Below are positions 1-13,200 of a stretch of 64,000 nucleotides of DNA, in pieces. Where the stretch lies: NCBI RefSeq assembly GCF_009914755.1, contig NC_060927.1. One strand, written 5' to 3'. The translations under genes and the position numbers were made by a program. The first letter of the stretch is position 1. The number at the start of each line of letters is the position of its first letter. Source of the stretch: the human T2T-CHM13v2.0 reference genome, Homo sapiens. The notes below the pieces were generated by a model, which saw only the letters and a list, made by a program, of their open reading frames with translations, did no database searches and had not been told where the DNA came from.

Positions 1-555
1 ATTAAAATAGATTTGTTTACTTCATGCCTTCTTTGCTTACAGGATAAAATGAATAACTGAACTATGCAAATAATTGTTAACTGAATCACTGCAGGTCAGA
101 AAACTTTCACAAAACAGAGCAAAATTAATGCATATGGTAGAATTCATACACCCCCACTCACACCCCCTACACACATGTACATATAAATCAGATATTAACC
201 TTCCCTTTTGCATGTTGCTCCCATAGTATAAAAGGGCTCTACTGTTTCTGATCTCTTGTCCTTGCTCCCCTAACCAATTGTATGGGATGAGACTTTTTGT
301 TGTTGTTGTTGTATCATTAAGATTTCGTCTTTAGCTTTTATATTTCTCCGTATGGATTCAATAGTTGATGGTAGTACTCAATAAGTTTCCAGCACGGGAG
401 CAGAAATCTGGAAAATTGAAGAAGTAGAACTAGAACCATGTATGATTTCATGTAGAGGGACTGCCTTAGTAGTAACAAAAATTAGGAAAGGCAGCAAGCA
501 AGAATAAGCCTAAATACTGGAAGCATTTTGGGAGTGACGGCCTGGAGTAGGAAAA

Positions 556-1096
556 GTATATTTGTCTGCCCAGGCTGCAATAACAAAATACCACAGGCCA
601 GGTGAGGTGGTTCATGCCTACAGCCCCAGCACTCTGGGAGGCCATGATGTGTCAATAGCCTGAGCTCAGCTGTTCGAAACTAGCCTGGCCAACATGGCAA
701 AACTCTGTCTCTACAGGAAAAAAAAAAAACAAAAAAAAAATTAGGTAGGTGTGGTGGAGTATGCCTGTGGTCTCAGCTACTCAGAAGACTGAGGAGGGAG
801 GATCACTTGAGTCCTAGAGTTTGAGGCTGTCCTAGACAACAGAGTGAGACCTTGTCTCAAAAACAAACAAGCAAAAAACCAACCACAGATTGCATGACTT
901 AAATAACGAAATTTATTTTCTCATAGTTCTGAATACTGGAAAGTCTATGATCAAGGTTTGGCATGGTTTGGTTCCTTGTGAAGACTCTCTTCCTGGCTGG
1001 TAAATGAGCACTTTGTCCTCATATGGCTTTTCCTATATAAGTGTCTCTAGAGAGAGAGCACAAGCTCTTCGGTGTCTCTTCTGATAAGTACACTAA
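556..1096 (-). mobile_element. MLT1A-like MaLR LTR fragment, interrupted by an Alu
   Basis: 'caggctgcaataacaaaataccacag' resumes after the Alu as 'attgcatgacttaaataacgaaatttattttctcatagttctg...tctatgatcaagg', typical antisense MLT1A text. Confidence 0.75.
596..881 (+). mobile_element. AluJ-type SINE with a right-arm internal deletion
   Basis: Dimeric Alu, J-type 'gaggatcacttgag..ttgaggctg', A-rich tail; TSD accacag at 590-596 and 882-888. Confidence 0.9.
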
Positions 1097-1367
1097 GATG
1101 GGGAAAAAAACTGAAGTAATAATGTAATGCTGAGTTTTAGAATGACTCTCAGTGGAGAGAGGAAATAGCACTGTTTACTGTTAAAGAGATTTGTCTTCAT
1201 TCAAAGACTTGACCTCAATAATCAAAATACAGGAGGTACTATTGTCTAGCATCAAAATAATGCAATATTAGCCCCTAGAATGATCTAATTTTTCAATATT
1301 TTTGTAGAAATTATGTAGATGTCAGCAATTTGCTTTATCAAAAAATAAAAGGCATTTCATAGAACGT

Positions 1368-1434
1368 CCTAGATGAATTAGTAATAACTTTTTGAGGAAT
1401 ACCCTAGATGAATTAGTAATAACTTTTTGAGGAA
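1368..1434. repeat. Perfect 32-bp tandem duplication (period 35)
   Basis: cctagatgaattagtaataactttttgaggaa at 1368-1399 and 1403-1434. Confidence 0.95.
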
Positions 1435-1592
1435 AACTTGAATTCTCAAATTCTTGAATATAGTTAAATGAAGGATGCTGGTAATTTCAAGGTGATGTTT
1501 GAAGTATGTAAAAACCCTTAGCAAATCAGAAATCATGGTTGGCTTGAAGAGATACCAAATAGGGTGCCCTGTGTGAACATGAGTTGTTTCTT

Positions 1593-2518
1593 TTAAAAAA
1601 ATGTGCTTTATTTCTTCTTTAAAAAAAAATGGGATACATGTGCAGAACATGCAGGTTTGTTACATAGACATGCATGTGCCATGGTGGTTTGCTACACCTA
1701 TTGACCTGTCCTCCAAGTTCCCTCCACTCAGCCCCACCCCACAACAGCCCCTGATGTGTGTTGTTTTCCTCTCTGTGCCCATGTGTTCTCAATGTTAAAC
1801 TCCCACTTATGAGTGAGAACTTGTGGTGTTTGGTTTTCTGTTCCTGTGTTAGTTTGCTGAGGATGACGGCTTCCAGCTTCATCCATGTCTCTGCAAAGGA
1901 CCTGATCTCATTCCATTTTTTGGCTGCAGAGTATCCCATGGTGTATATGTACCACCTATTCTTTAACCAGCCTCGCCAGCATATATTTTTTCCTGACTTT
2001 TTAACAACTGCCATTCTGACTGCCATAAGATGGTATCTCGTGGCTTTGATTTGCATTTCTCTAATGACTGATGATGTTGAGATTTTTTTCATATGTCTTT
2101 GGCTGCATAAATGTCTTTTGAGAAGTGTCTGTTCATATCCTTTGCCAACTTTTTAATTTTTTTATTGTAAATATGTTTAAGTTCCTTGTAAATTCTGGAT
2201 ATTATACCTTTGTCAGATGGGTCTGCAAAAATTTTCTCCCATTCCATAGGTTGTCTGTTCACCCTGATGATAGTTTCTCTTGCTGTACAGAAGCTCTTTA
2301 GTTTAACTAGAATGCATTTGTCAATTTTGGCTTCCTTTGCAATTGCTGTTTTTTGTTTTTATCATGAGGGCTTTGTCCATGCCTATGTGTTGAATGGTAT
2401 TGCCTAGGTTTTCTTCTAGGGTTTTATGGTTTCGGGTTTTACATTTAAATCTTTAACCCACTTTGAGTTAATTTTTGTATACGGAGCAAGGAAGGGGTCT
2501 GCTTTGAGTTTTCTGTAT
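1593..2518 (-). mobile_element. Older L1PA element: 3' UTR and ORF2 C-terminus (non-inverted part)
   Basis: ORF 1619..2092(-) resembles the L1 ORF2p C-terminus ([33 protein letters not shown]); L1PA 3' UTR text. Confidence 0.95.
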
Positions 2519-3369
2519 CCCTTCTAAAACCAGTAGAAGACTAGGAGGCCCCCTCTCTCCACTCCTATTCAACATAGTATTGAAATTCTGGCCAGGGCAA
2601 TCAGGCAAGAGAAAGAAATAAAGGGTATTCATATAGGAAGGGCAGAGGTCAAGTTGTCTCTGTCTGCAGATGATATGATTTTATATTTAGAAAAGTCTAT
2701 CCCCAAAACTGCCGGAACTGATAAGCAACTTTAGCAAAGTCTCAAGATACAAAATCAATGTTCAAATATCACAAGCATTCCTTTACACCAACAATAGGCA
2801 AGCAGAGATCAAACCATGAATGAATTCCCGTTCATAATTGCTACAAAGAGAAAAAAAAATGCCTAGGAATATAGCTAACAAGGAATGTGAAGGATCTCTT
2901 CAAGGAGCACTACAAAACACTGCTCAAGGAAATAAGGGAGGACACAAACAAATGGAAACACATTCCATCCTCATGGATAGGAAGAATCAATGTCAAGAAA
3001 ATGGCCATACTGCCTAAAGTAATGTATGGATTCAATTCTATTCCTGTCAAGCTACCACTGACATTCTACACAGAATTAGCAAAAACTATTTTAAATTTCA
3101 TATGGAATCAAAGAAGTCCCCATATAGCCAAGGCAATCCTAAGTAAAAAGAACAAATCTGGAGGCATGCACGCTGCCTGACTTCAAACCATACTACAAGG
3201 CTACAGTAACTGAAACAGCATAGTACTGGTACCAAACCAGACATATAGACCAATGGAGCAGAACAGTGACCTCAGGAATAACACCACACATCTACAACCA
3301 TCTGATCTTCAACAAACCTGATAAAAACCAGCAAGGGGGAAAGGATCTCCTATTCAGTAAATGGTGCTG
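2519..3369 (+). mobile_element. Inverted 5' segment of the same L1 (ORF2 RT region)
   Basis: ORF 2887..3180 resembles ORF2p ([28 protein letters not shown]); ends at 'aaatggtgctg', just upstream in L1 of where the minus segment begins; decayed TSD tgagttgtttctt 1580-1592 / tgagctctttctt 3368-3380. Confidence 0.93.
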
Positions 3370-4609
3370 AGCTCTTTCTTAAACCTAGGGAAAAAAATTA
3401 ATGTACATTAAAACAAAACAAACCTTTCTACATAACTTTATGGAATTCAATTACTCTTGATGTTTATGCATAGGTATCAGAGTAAGTGTAAGATTCTAGG
3501 TTTATCTAACAATAGCCACTAACTGGGAATAAAAAAAGCACATCACTCTCCTTTATTTTTAAGTCAAGATTTTGGTGTTACTGCTAATAATTTCCTTCTG
3601 TTACTTTACTTTCTGTTACTTTATTGTAAGCAGAAACATTAACATACACGCAACATACATTCTCACAATCATGAAAACGGACACAAAGCATATTTAAAGT
3701 TTTATTTAAACTATCACAAAACATTCACATACATTGGATCCCCCAGAAAACTGAAAGATATAAGGGATTCTTATTAAGATGTTTTCATAGTGCCAACACT
3801 GCTAGGAAAAAATTGTAACAGCTTTTAATTCTGTCATTTTAATGAGCACCCTTTTTATTTTGTGTTTTGTATGTGTGTATGTTTGTTTGTGTATGCATGT
3901 GTTTGAATGTCATTTGTGTATGTTTGTATGTGTTTTGAATACCAGACATTTTAGCATATTTTTGTTTTTGCCTTCAACTATGTAAGTATTCATCAACTAT
4001 CTGAGATGGAGAAATGTAAAATAATGCATAGAGTTAAAAATAATGAAAACACCTTAGAGATGTATTAGCTAAAATTTATGCTCTTTGTTACATGTGTGCA
4101 TACTTTCCATTAAACATAACGAGCTCTGAAATTGCCATTGTCTTGTATTTGAAGCTTATTTGTAGTATTTCCTGTCTTGGACTTACCAGCGTCAGCACTA
4201 ACTGGGTAGATACTGCCTGAATAAGAGCTAGCAGAATTGCAACTTTCATTATAGGTATGCTATGCTACCAATTTTGTGTGTCATTGTAGTCAGAGCTATT
4301 TCTCATAAATAAACACTGAATATAAAGTCACTTCAACATTTAAACAATTGCTTTCATTCTTTTAGATCATATACGTTAAAATAAAAGAGTACTAAAAATT
4401 GTACTTTGTTTCTGAAACATTTGAAAGTGATTAAATATTTAACTCAATGATAGATTTTTAAATGTCACTATGACAGTAGTACTCTGCCCACATGTGCATA
4501 GGATTAATGAAAAAAAAGGGCTCTCTTTTAGAACTTGGACACACTTTTAAAGTTATTTTTCTGTATCTTAAATATAAATGAATGCACAATGCTGGCAAAA
4601 TGAAAACAG

Positions 4610-4722
4610 AGATAGGAAGGAAGGAAGAAAAGAAGGAGGAAAGGAAGAGGTGGAGAGAGTGAGGGAGGAAAAGAGAACAAGAAGGAAGAGGAAAGGAAGA
4701 ATATAGGGAATAAAGGAGAGCA
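4610..4722. repeat. GA-rich low-complexity purine tract
   Basis: ggaa/gga-rich composition. Confidence 0.85.
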
Positions 4723-5346
4723 GGCCTGAATGTAATCAGTTAGTTGATATCCCATAAGATATCAGCTACATGTGACAACTATACAACTCCAAATACACAT
4801 TTACACAGAGTAATACATACAAAGATTGAGGACATTTCTCCAAAATTAATGGTTCATTTTATAAATATGTAGTCATTAAGAAAACTACTATTTGCATTTT
4901 TTATTGCTACAATATATCTTCATTAAGGAAACTATTTTTATTTTTAATTTTTAAACTTTTTTCATTTGTAAAATTTGTATTCATTCAAGAAAGCAATGTT
5001 AGCTTGCCAACAGCTTAATTTTAATTATTTTACCCCAAATCTGTTATTACTAGTGGAAATTCTTAGGTAATTTTTAAACACCTACCTATATGTTAACACA
5101 CACAGCCACACTACCAACCTAACTAAAAAATACTAGTAAAAAATATTTCTCTCACACCCATTTCACAGGAAGTCCAAAACACTACTCTGGTGTAATTAAC
5201 TCAGGATTTATCATTAGATAAGAGAAACATTAGTTTATTTTCTAAAACTTGTAGATTCATGCAGAAAAAGTGAGAAATGCAACTCAACTCTACTAGTTTG
5301 AGGTATAAATGTTCAACATACCAATGATATGTAATGATATTACAAA

Positions 5347-5604
5347 TCATCATGGTTAATTTTCCATGTAAACTTGCCTCAATCGCAGTACTTAGATATT
5401 TAATCAAAAACCAGTCTAGATTTTCTGTGAGGGTATTTTGTAGATAACATTAAAGCAGTAGACTTTTGAGTCCTTAATGTGAGTAGGCCTTATCCAACCA
5501 GTTGAAAGTTTGAAGAGTAAAAACTGAGGTCCTAGTGGAAAAGGGAATTCTGCCTCCAGATTACCTTCAGACTGAAGTTGGAATGTCACTCTGACTAATA
5601 TACA
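5347..5604 (+). mobile_element. MLT2-like ERVL LTR with internal deletion
   Basis: 'atggttaatttt..gtaaacttg', 'ccttatccaaccagttgaa', 'aattctgcctccaga', ending 'ctgactaatataca'; similar to the LTR at 47240. Confidence 0.75.
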
Positions 5605-6540
5605 AATAGTCTTTCACTCTGGCATACTATGCCAAATAAATTAATCTGGCAAAATCAAAATACAGTCAACTTCAAAAATAATAAAATATCAAATGACTAG
5701 GTGAATATTTCACATGATAAATTTAATGACTTTTGTGCTTATTCTTCATAGGTGTCATTTATGTCATGTCTTAAATAATTTGAGATAGCATTCTGTATCA
5801 AATTCTATACTACTCACCTTGTTTTACATGACACAACTCACATAAACTTTGTTACCTGAAATTTACAAAAAATAATAAATATTCAGCTATAAAAATTAAC
5901 AATATTAATAATAAAAATGTTTTTATTTTAGTTTTATTTTTGAGGTGAAAAATGTTAACAAAAACATTGATAAATTCAGAACTAATTAAAAACTGTAAAA
6001 TTTATTTCAAACAATATATTTCTAGTAATGTATATTTATTATACATTTTTCACATATTTCAAACAATAGAATATGTAGGATAATGTGAAAGAAATTATAA
6101 GCTAGTGATAACTATGAATCAATAAAATTACATTTGTATTTGATACATTAATACTTTTAACTTTTACATTTACAGCAGTTCCCTAGTCTGAATCCTAATT
6201 TTAAAGAAAAGATGCATCACCTTAGTATTTAATGCATAAAAATTGAGTGTCAATAAAACATTTAAAAAAGAAATCTTTTAACTATTTCTTACTGCTACTA
6301 TGGCAATTTTCCAGGATTCCCAACGTACATAACCAAATATGCTGAAAATTTTTATTCTTCTAGAAAACATTCTTCAAAGAGCTTAATGAACAAGATAATT
6401 GGAAAGTACTAATAAACTGAGAGTGCCATAGCATTAATGATTTTGAACATAATAATCATATTACTTTTTAATAAGAATACTGCTATTTTTTGAGATATGA
6501 TCATTTAAAAAGAAATTTGACGATACATTCTTAAAGGATA

Positions 6541-6585
6541 AGGAGACAGAGAGAGAGAGAGAGAGAGAGATACAAAAAGAGAGAC
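6541..6585. repeat. (GA)n microsatellite
   Basis: Direct read. Confidence 0.9.
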
Positions 6586-6748
6586 CAATAACTCACATTA
6601 AGAATTTCTTCTCTAATTTCTGTTTGTCTTATTAGTTTTCCTTTTGCTTTTGTTCTGGAAGTTTAAATTTGATATTCATTTAATATCAAACCTCAATTTA
6701 GAAACAAAACAAATGATTGAATATTTTCACAACTATATTATTCACTAA

Positions 6749-7226
6749 TGTCAATGACCTTTAACCAGAAACCACCAGGAACACATCAGCAGTTTCAGCA
6801 AGAAAGAAGATACACCAGGAGGAACCTTAGGAGGGTTTTAGGACTTACGGGATTAGCACTCTCATTCTGTGATTTTGGAAAGACTTTATGGAGTCATGGA
6901 TTTACTCTTAAATTGAATTTGTTTTATTCTCAGGCAGCAGGATTAATTCTATGTATCTCTTTATCTAGAAGGATAAAGAGGCAGCAGTCCTTCATCTTAG
7001 CCAGAATAGGTGGATGTTGGCCATTTTTATGGCTTGGACAATGTTCAGTGTCTATGTTCAGACATGAGCACAGAGTGCTCTGGTTTTGTCTTGAATCGTA
7101 TGGGCAGGGAGTGACCTTACCGATGTTAATATTCAGTGAAACTGTGTGTTCAACAAAAGAACATCAGGACCTAACTACAAGTACAAGGCTAGATCCCATG
7201 TTATGGTGTTGCTTTTCTCTTTCTCA
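6749..7226 (-). mobile_element. MER89-like solo ERV LTR
   Basis: Minus strand begins TGAGAAAGAGAAAAGCA and ends ..GTGTTCCTGGTGG..CATTGACA, as in recalled MER89; TG..CA termini; 4-bp flanks ctaa/ttaa. Confidence 0.75.
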
Positions 7227-7689
7227 TTAATGCATGTAAGATTTCTCTCAGACAATTTATACATCCCATTCCAGGTATTGGTAAAGAATGTCAAGTGAAA
7301 GTATCTTTCTGATTAAATCTTATGTCAGTGGGTTCAAGGGAGTCTTTTGATGCAGTATATACGTCAAACTCCTAAGGTCAGAGCAGAGAATGGTGGACAA
7401 AGAGTTTGCAAGAGGACTTGAGACTATCTAACTAAGAAAGTTACTTTGTCTGACTTCCAAAAAGAAAAAAAAGTATAGTAGCAATAAACTAATAAATGAG
7501 GAAGTTTTGAATAATTATTTTAGAAGTGCTTTTGTATTGGTGAGTTTTTATTGGTCTTTTGCTAAAAGTTTTATCTTAAAAAACATTTTCTGCAACATTT
7601 AATGATTTAAATTTTTTAAATCATGAATAAATATAAAAATATAAATATGCTCATACATATATAAAAGCTAGATAAGACAAAGAAATTAT

Positions 7690-8640
7690 AGTCCCTTCAA
7701 ACTCAACATGTTTAAACAGAACTTTTTCTGTTCTTCCAAGATAATTCTTTCTTCTCCTTTGTCCCCACATCTGAACCATTAACAAATTTTGACACTCTGC
7801 TAAAAAGTTATTGTATCCATCCAGTCTTCCCAGGCCCCACATTGACTATCTTAAGCTATAATGGTAGAATTTCTGGCCTTAATTATTGTCAGTCTCCTAA
7901 GTTTTTTTCACCTCCCGTCTTATTCTTTTCCCATCCAGCCCTCACAGTGATTTAAGAACACATTCTGATTATGCCCCTTTCTCTGCTTATAACTCCACAA
8001 TGATGTCTGTCTCTCTTTAGAACAAAGTCCAGCTTCCTTGTCAAGGATTAGAAGGGCCTTAAGTTCCTCAACACTCCCTATTCATCCTCAAAGGTTTGGG
8101 GTAAAGCAAGTTTGATAGACTGGACCTCATTAGCCTGATCAAACCAATACTATGATGTAGAAAATGGCCACTTAATCATTTTATGTAAAGGGTGAAGCAA
8201 ATACAATCCAAGCTTTTCTTTCAAAACATATTGATGCTCCTAAATTCTTCCTTTGAGTCCTCCAATGCAAATGAGAGTTTACCTCAATGAGCACACACAC
8301 TTACACACATTATCACCCTATGCTCCAATTGCAATGTATTTATTTTATTTCTCATATTGTGACTTCTTTTCCCCCTTCGTGAATTAGCTCACAAGTTACT
8401 TCTGATCAGAACACTTTGCCGCTGTTACCTTTGTTTTACTGTCTCCACCACCTTCAGATTATGTGGATACATCTGACTTACTATTCATAACTCAGTCTAG
8501 CAATCACTTTCTCGTATTTGTGGAAGAAAGAACTACCATAAAATGCCTCTCTCTTCTGTTAATTTGGGAGCTCACTGAGAGTTCATGAAATTTATGTCTT
8601 TGTATTTTCAGTATTCACAACTGTATTTGAAAATAAAGTT
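7690..8640 (+). mobile_element. Decayed L2 LINE fragments
   Basis: 'tcaaactcaacatgtttaaacagaact', 'tctgattatgccccttt..cttataactcc', 'tagaacaaagtccagcttcctt'. Confidence 0.6.
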
Positions 8641-9589
8641 AGCTTAATATTAGTGAGAATTTAGCATCTTTGAAGGTAAAATTATTTTTACCTTTTTTAA
8701 TGTGTGATTATTGACACATTTCTTGGGGGAAAACAAAATAATCATACTCTTAATTTTCTGATGTAACCTGTCCAACTTGACATTCAAATGTAGGATAATG
8801 TACCTCTGTGTTTTTCTCCCCTAACACTCATCAATCGGCATTAATCTTCGACATCTTCTGAGTTAATAATAATCAGGAATCATCATTCTTTTATTTTGGC
8901 TCACATCATTTTCCTTTCTTTTTGAAATGTAAATATGTACCATTAGAAAACAGAAAAGATTAGAAATAAAAATATCAGATAATTGCCATTCAAAAGTGTT
9001 GTCACTAAAATACAGAAGAGATTTCTGTTTTTGTCACTGTAAAAACTATTCAAGTATAAAATGTAAAAAAGCTATCTTTGATGCTCTTTCTTGATCTCTT
9101 TTTGCTTTTATATTTTTGCGAATATTTTTCTAACTGTATTTGGTACCAGCAAAAGTTAATCTAACATTAGCCTGCATTCAACGACAGCAAAAAAAAAAAA
9201 TTAATTGATAGCAAAGACTTTGATCTTTCTGACAAATAGTATAATTTTTACACCTTTGCTTTATATTCCACAGAAGTTTGGTAAAATTGTAATTATTGCA
9301 AAAAAGAGTGATAGTGGGTTTGAAAATTATTTAAGCTTTTAGAGAATGTTTATTTAAAAAATGCCAAATTTCTTGCACCTAACAATAGCAATATTTTATT
9401 AAATAAATAAATTAAATAATTATTAATTATTTATTAAATAAACAAATGTTATTAAATAAACTTAAATAAATAGAAATGGAAATAATATAGTTATTGGTTG
9501 CAGGCAAATTTAGCACATCCTATATATGTGGAACAAAGTCTTTCAAACAAAATCATCGTGTGTACATACTTCAACATTTTATTTCACTT

Positions 9590-9636
9590 TGTGTGTGTGT
9601 GGGTGGGGGGGGTGGGTGGGTGTGTTTGTGTGTGTA
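9590..9636. repeat. (GT)n tract with a G-quadruplex-like core
   Basis: gggtggggggggtgggtggg at 9601-9620. Confidence 0.8.
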
Positions 9637-9759
9637 TTGAAAAGGTCCTTTTCTGACAAGTTCTACATTACCTAGCTTTCACATGCCACATTCTGATGCA
9701 TAATATACATGTTCTTGTGGCGGGGGGAGCTTTTGAAGTGTAAAAAGCATTTAAAGAAA

Positions 9760-10023
9760 TTTTTTTGTTTTGTTTTAGAGATAGGATTTCTCTCTATCAC
9801 CTAGGCTGAAGTATATTCGTGCAATTATAGCTCACTGCAGCCTTGAACTTCTGGAATCAAGTCATCCACTGACCTTGGCATCCCAAGTATCTGGGACTAT
9901 CAGCCCGTGTGACCATGCTTAGCTAATATTTCAAACTGTTTTTAGAGATGGTAACTCGCTATATTGCGCAACTTGGTCTTGAGCTGTTGACCTTCAGCAA
10001 TCCTTCTGCCTCAGCGTCCAAGT
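9760..10023 (-). mobile_element. Highly diverged AluJ, 5' end missing
   Basis: T-rich tail, 'atagctcactgcagccttgaact', second arm 'agagatgg..cgctatattgc'. Confidence 0.85.
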
Positions 10024-10144
10024 AAAAAAGTTTGTAAGAGTTTGAATGTAAATCCTTCTAGGTTTGTTTCTCACTTTCTCTAATATTAATGGTTAATGTG
10101 TTTCTAGCCACAATTTTGTTAGTTACTCTCTTGAATCTCATGTC

Positions 10145-10260
10145 ATATTTGTAATTATGTATATATATTTGTAATTATGTATATATATATTTGTAATTAT
10201 GTATATATATGTATGTATATACATAATTATGTGTGTGTGTATATATATATATACATAATT
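10145..10260. repeat. AT-rich minisatellite (tttgtaattatgtatatata) grading into (TG)n(TA)n
   Basis: Three near-identical 20-22-bp units. Confidence 0.9.
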
Positions 10261-13200
10261 ACTAGCTGATATGGCATAAACAGGTTTGGGATTAATGCTT
10301 TTTACTTGTTGAAAACCAAAGTACATAGGAGAGAGGAGATTCCTAATGTATATTTAGGATGCCATAGACATCAGTCAGTATATGTTACAGTGGGAAAGAA
10401 GAACCTTAGATTATCTGGACAGGCTGTTAAGTGGACATTCTTTAAATGACTTTTTGCTGTTTCAATGCCTGTAAGTAAAAGTAGTTAGATTCCTTAAAGT
10501 AAACTGTTTTCAAATCTCACCAAACATTGTGTATGTTTCATGTATAAGATGCATCAAGTATACAAAGTAAAATTCTCATTATTATTGCTGAAATCAGACA
10601 TCCCAAGAATTTCTATACATTCTATATATCAGAAAAAATAATTACAATGTTTGATGTGTTATGAGCTGAATATTTTTGTTATTAATAACAAGATCAGTTT
10701 ATTAAATATTTAAGGATTTATTTTACATATTTTCCAAGAAGTTTTAATGTCGACAAAATGAAATCTCAACCTTAAAACATAATGTTTATCCCAATAATGC
10801 TTTGTTATTAATTTTATTAATAAAAACAATCACTAAAACCAATAGTCAAGCAATAGATCACTCACTCCTGAATTAATGCATGCACATCATTCTGTTATAA
10901 CATGTCTTTTACATGAATCCCACCTGTTTTTAGTGTAATTCATCAAAGGTGGGGTTATGTCTTCTCCATTATTGTATTCCAGCTGTAAATAATAGAGTCA
11001 GTTATATAATAGGCATTTGATATACATTTGTTGATTAACTAGATGTATTCATTCACCTTAACATATATCAAATTATTTAGCAATTCCTTCTGAAGTTTAA
11101 AATTTTGGAAATATATGAAAATAAAAAATTCAAGTCTGTTTCCTTGCAAATTGTAACTAAAATTATCTTCATATCTCATATAATTTACTTTACGATCGTA
11201 TTAAGCAAATAGCTTAGCCTTTGTATCTCAGTTTCTTTTGTAAAATGAGACATTGGACTAGATAATTTTTATGACTATTTATATCTGCAACATTCTATAA
11301 TAACAAATATAAAACACCCTTTTCTCAGCATTTCATACTTTCAATAATTTATAGGAGTTTATTTAACTTTCAGTTTTGGTTTCCTCTCTGAGTGCCTGAA
11401 GACATGGAATCCTCTGTATTCTACTAGATTCTCTTAGTCCTGCTATAGAATGATCAATTCAGTAAGAACCTTCTTAAAAGCTAAAAAGAAAAAAGAAATG
11501 TGTGTGCAATGTGGAATCTCAATATTCTAGGAAAAAAAAAAGAGAGAAGTTCTTAGCAGGAGAATCAATAGGGAACAAAAAGTATTAAAAAATGTGAATA
11601 CAGTCCCAGGGAGATGAATCAAAGTGGCTCACACAAAGACATAGCACTGATCACATTAATCAACTAGAAAAGGTTCATGGAAAAGACTTTACAATTCTCA
11701 TAATAAAGGTAGGAGTTCGGAAAAGGCTTTAAGAAAGTACATGGATATTGGTTGAACTCCCAGAGGGCACAAGACAGCAAAATATGGAAGTATTTATAAA
11801 ACAAAGAGATAAAAGCGAACACTACATACTGACCTAAATGTCCCACCTTGAAAGTTTTGTTAGAACACCAATAGCTAAGTGGTGGGAAAGGGCCATTGTA
11901 TTAAGCTAACTCCCTTAGGAAAAATAAGACTACTGCGGCTGACAAAAGTTCTTACAACCATACTGTATTTAGTTTCTAATAAGAGGTATCTAGAACTATT
12001 TGATAGAATTTTGAAATACATACCATATTCTTGAAATTTGAAGAGTAAAATTCTTTTTCTAAATTAATAAATATCTTGCTCTATTCTCAGGCCTAACAAT
12101 GCTTTGAAATCCATGGAATTTAAAAATGACGGATAAAACCTCTGATTTTGCAACATTCAAGAAAGAAAAGGTAAAACATGATTGAAATATATAAATTATA
12201 TGTTCAGTTTATTTTAAAAATCCAGACTGGAAACCACTAGGGAATATATAAAAACAGACCTATTTTAATATAGATGGATGAAGACAGGCATTCAGCAATA
12301 AGAAAAGATTTAGTAAAACTCGAGGGAATATCATGTCTGTTTCTACTTTAAAAAGTGTGCAATATGTCCCTTTTCTTAATTTACAGAGTTTCTATTGTTT
12401 AAAGAGTTGAAAAAGAAGTTTACTTAGCATCAAAATTGAAGGTACTATCATTTCATAGGAAAGGAAGGAGAAAAAAGAAAGGGAGGGAGGTTTTATCAAA
12501 GATTCACATAGGTCTCCTGTGAGAAGCAGACAAAGATGTTGCGGATCCCCTGTCAAAGAAGATCTATACTTCAGAAGGAATGCCCATAGTGTAAAATTAA
12601 AAAGGTGTTCTTATATTTTCCCATACTGGTCCTACAGATATATTTTAATCTTACAAGAGATGCTGATTTAAGCCTTCAGTTTATTCAGTCCATAAATAAT
12701 GTTTTGTCACAAATATTCAGTAAAATGGAAGGTATAGCAGTATGTTTTTGAGTAAGAGTTAGAATTTATTTGCATTGGAACCTTAAGCTTAAAGCGTTAA
12801 CTTCTGTAACATTAAAAAACTGCAACTTATAATATAATAGATAATATAAAGATAAATGCAGTATTACATAGATTGTTCATTTCATACTGGGAATAGTATA
12901 CAAAGTAATACAAACTGAATCTCAGCACATGACCCCAATTATAAAAAGTTTGAACGCCCTCTACATTTGAAAAAGGAGAGAAATATAGGCATCTATCTAC
13001 ACTGTATAATGAATGATGAATAGTAGAATTAAGTCATAGAGCTACAATTAAGTTGTCTTCAGATAATATGGCAAATACAAATTATAAAAGGAATAATAAA
13101 TTGGCCTATGGCTTCACTCCATATGAATAGTTAACTATGAAGTGTCATGAAAATGCCAAAAATTTCTCAAAATACAATTCAATTTAATGTAATTAATTAT

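Noticed and set aside
6668-6690. 9-bp hairpin tttgatatt/aatatcaaa
   Set aside because: Isolated AT-rich stem expected by chance in 64 kb.
9392-9475. Repeated ttattaaataaa units
   Set aside because: Ordinary AT-rich low-complexity sequence.
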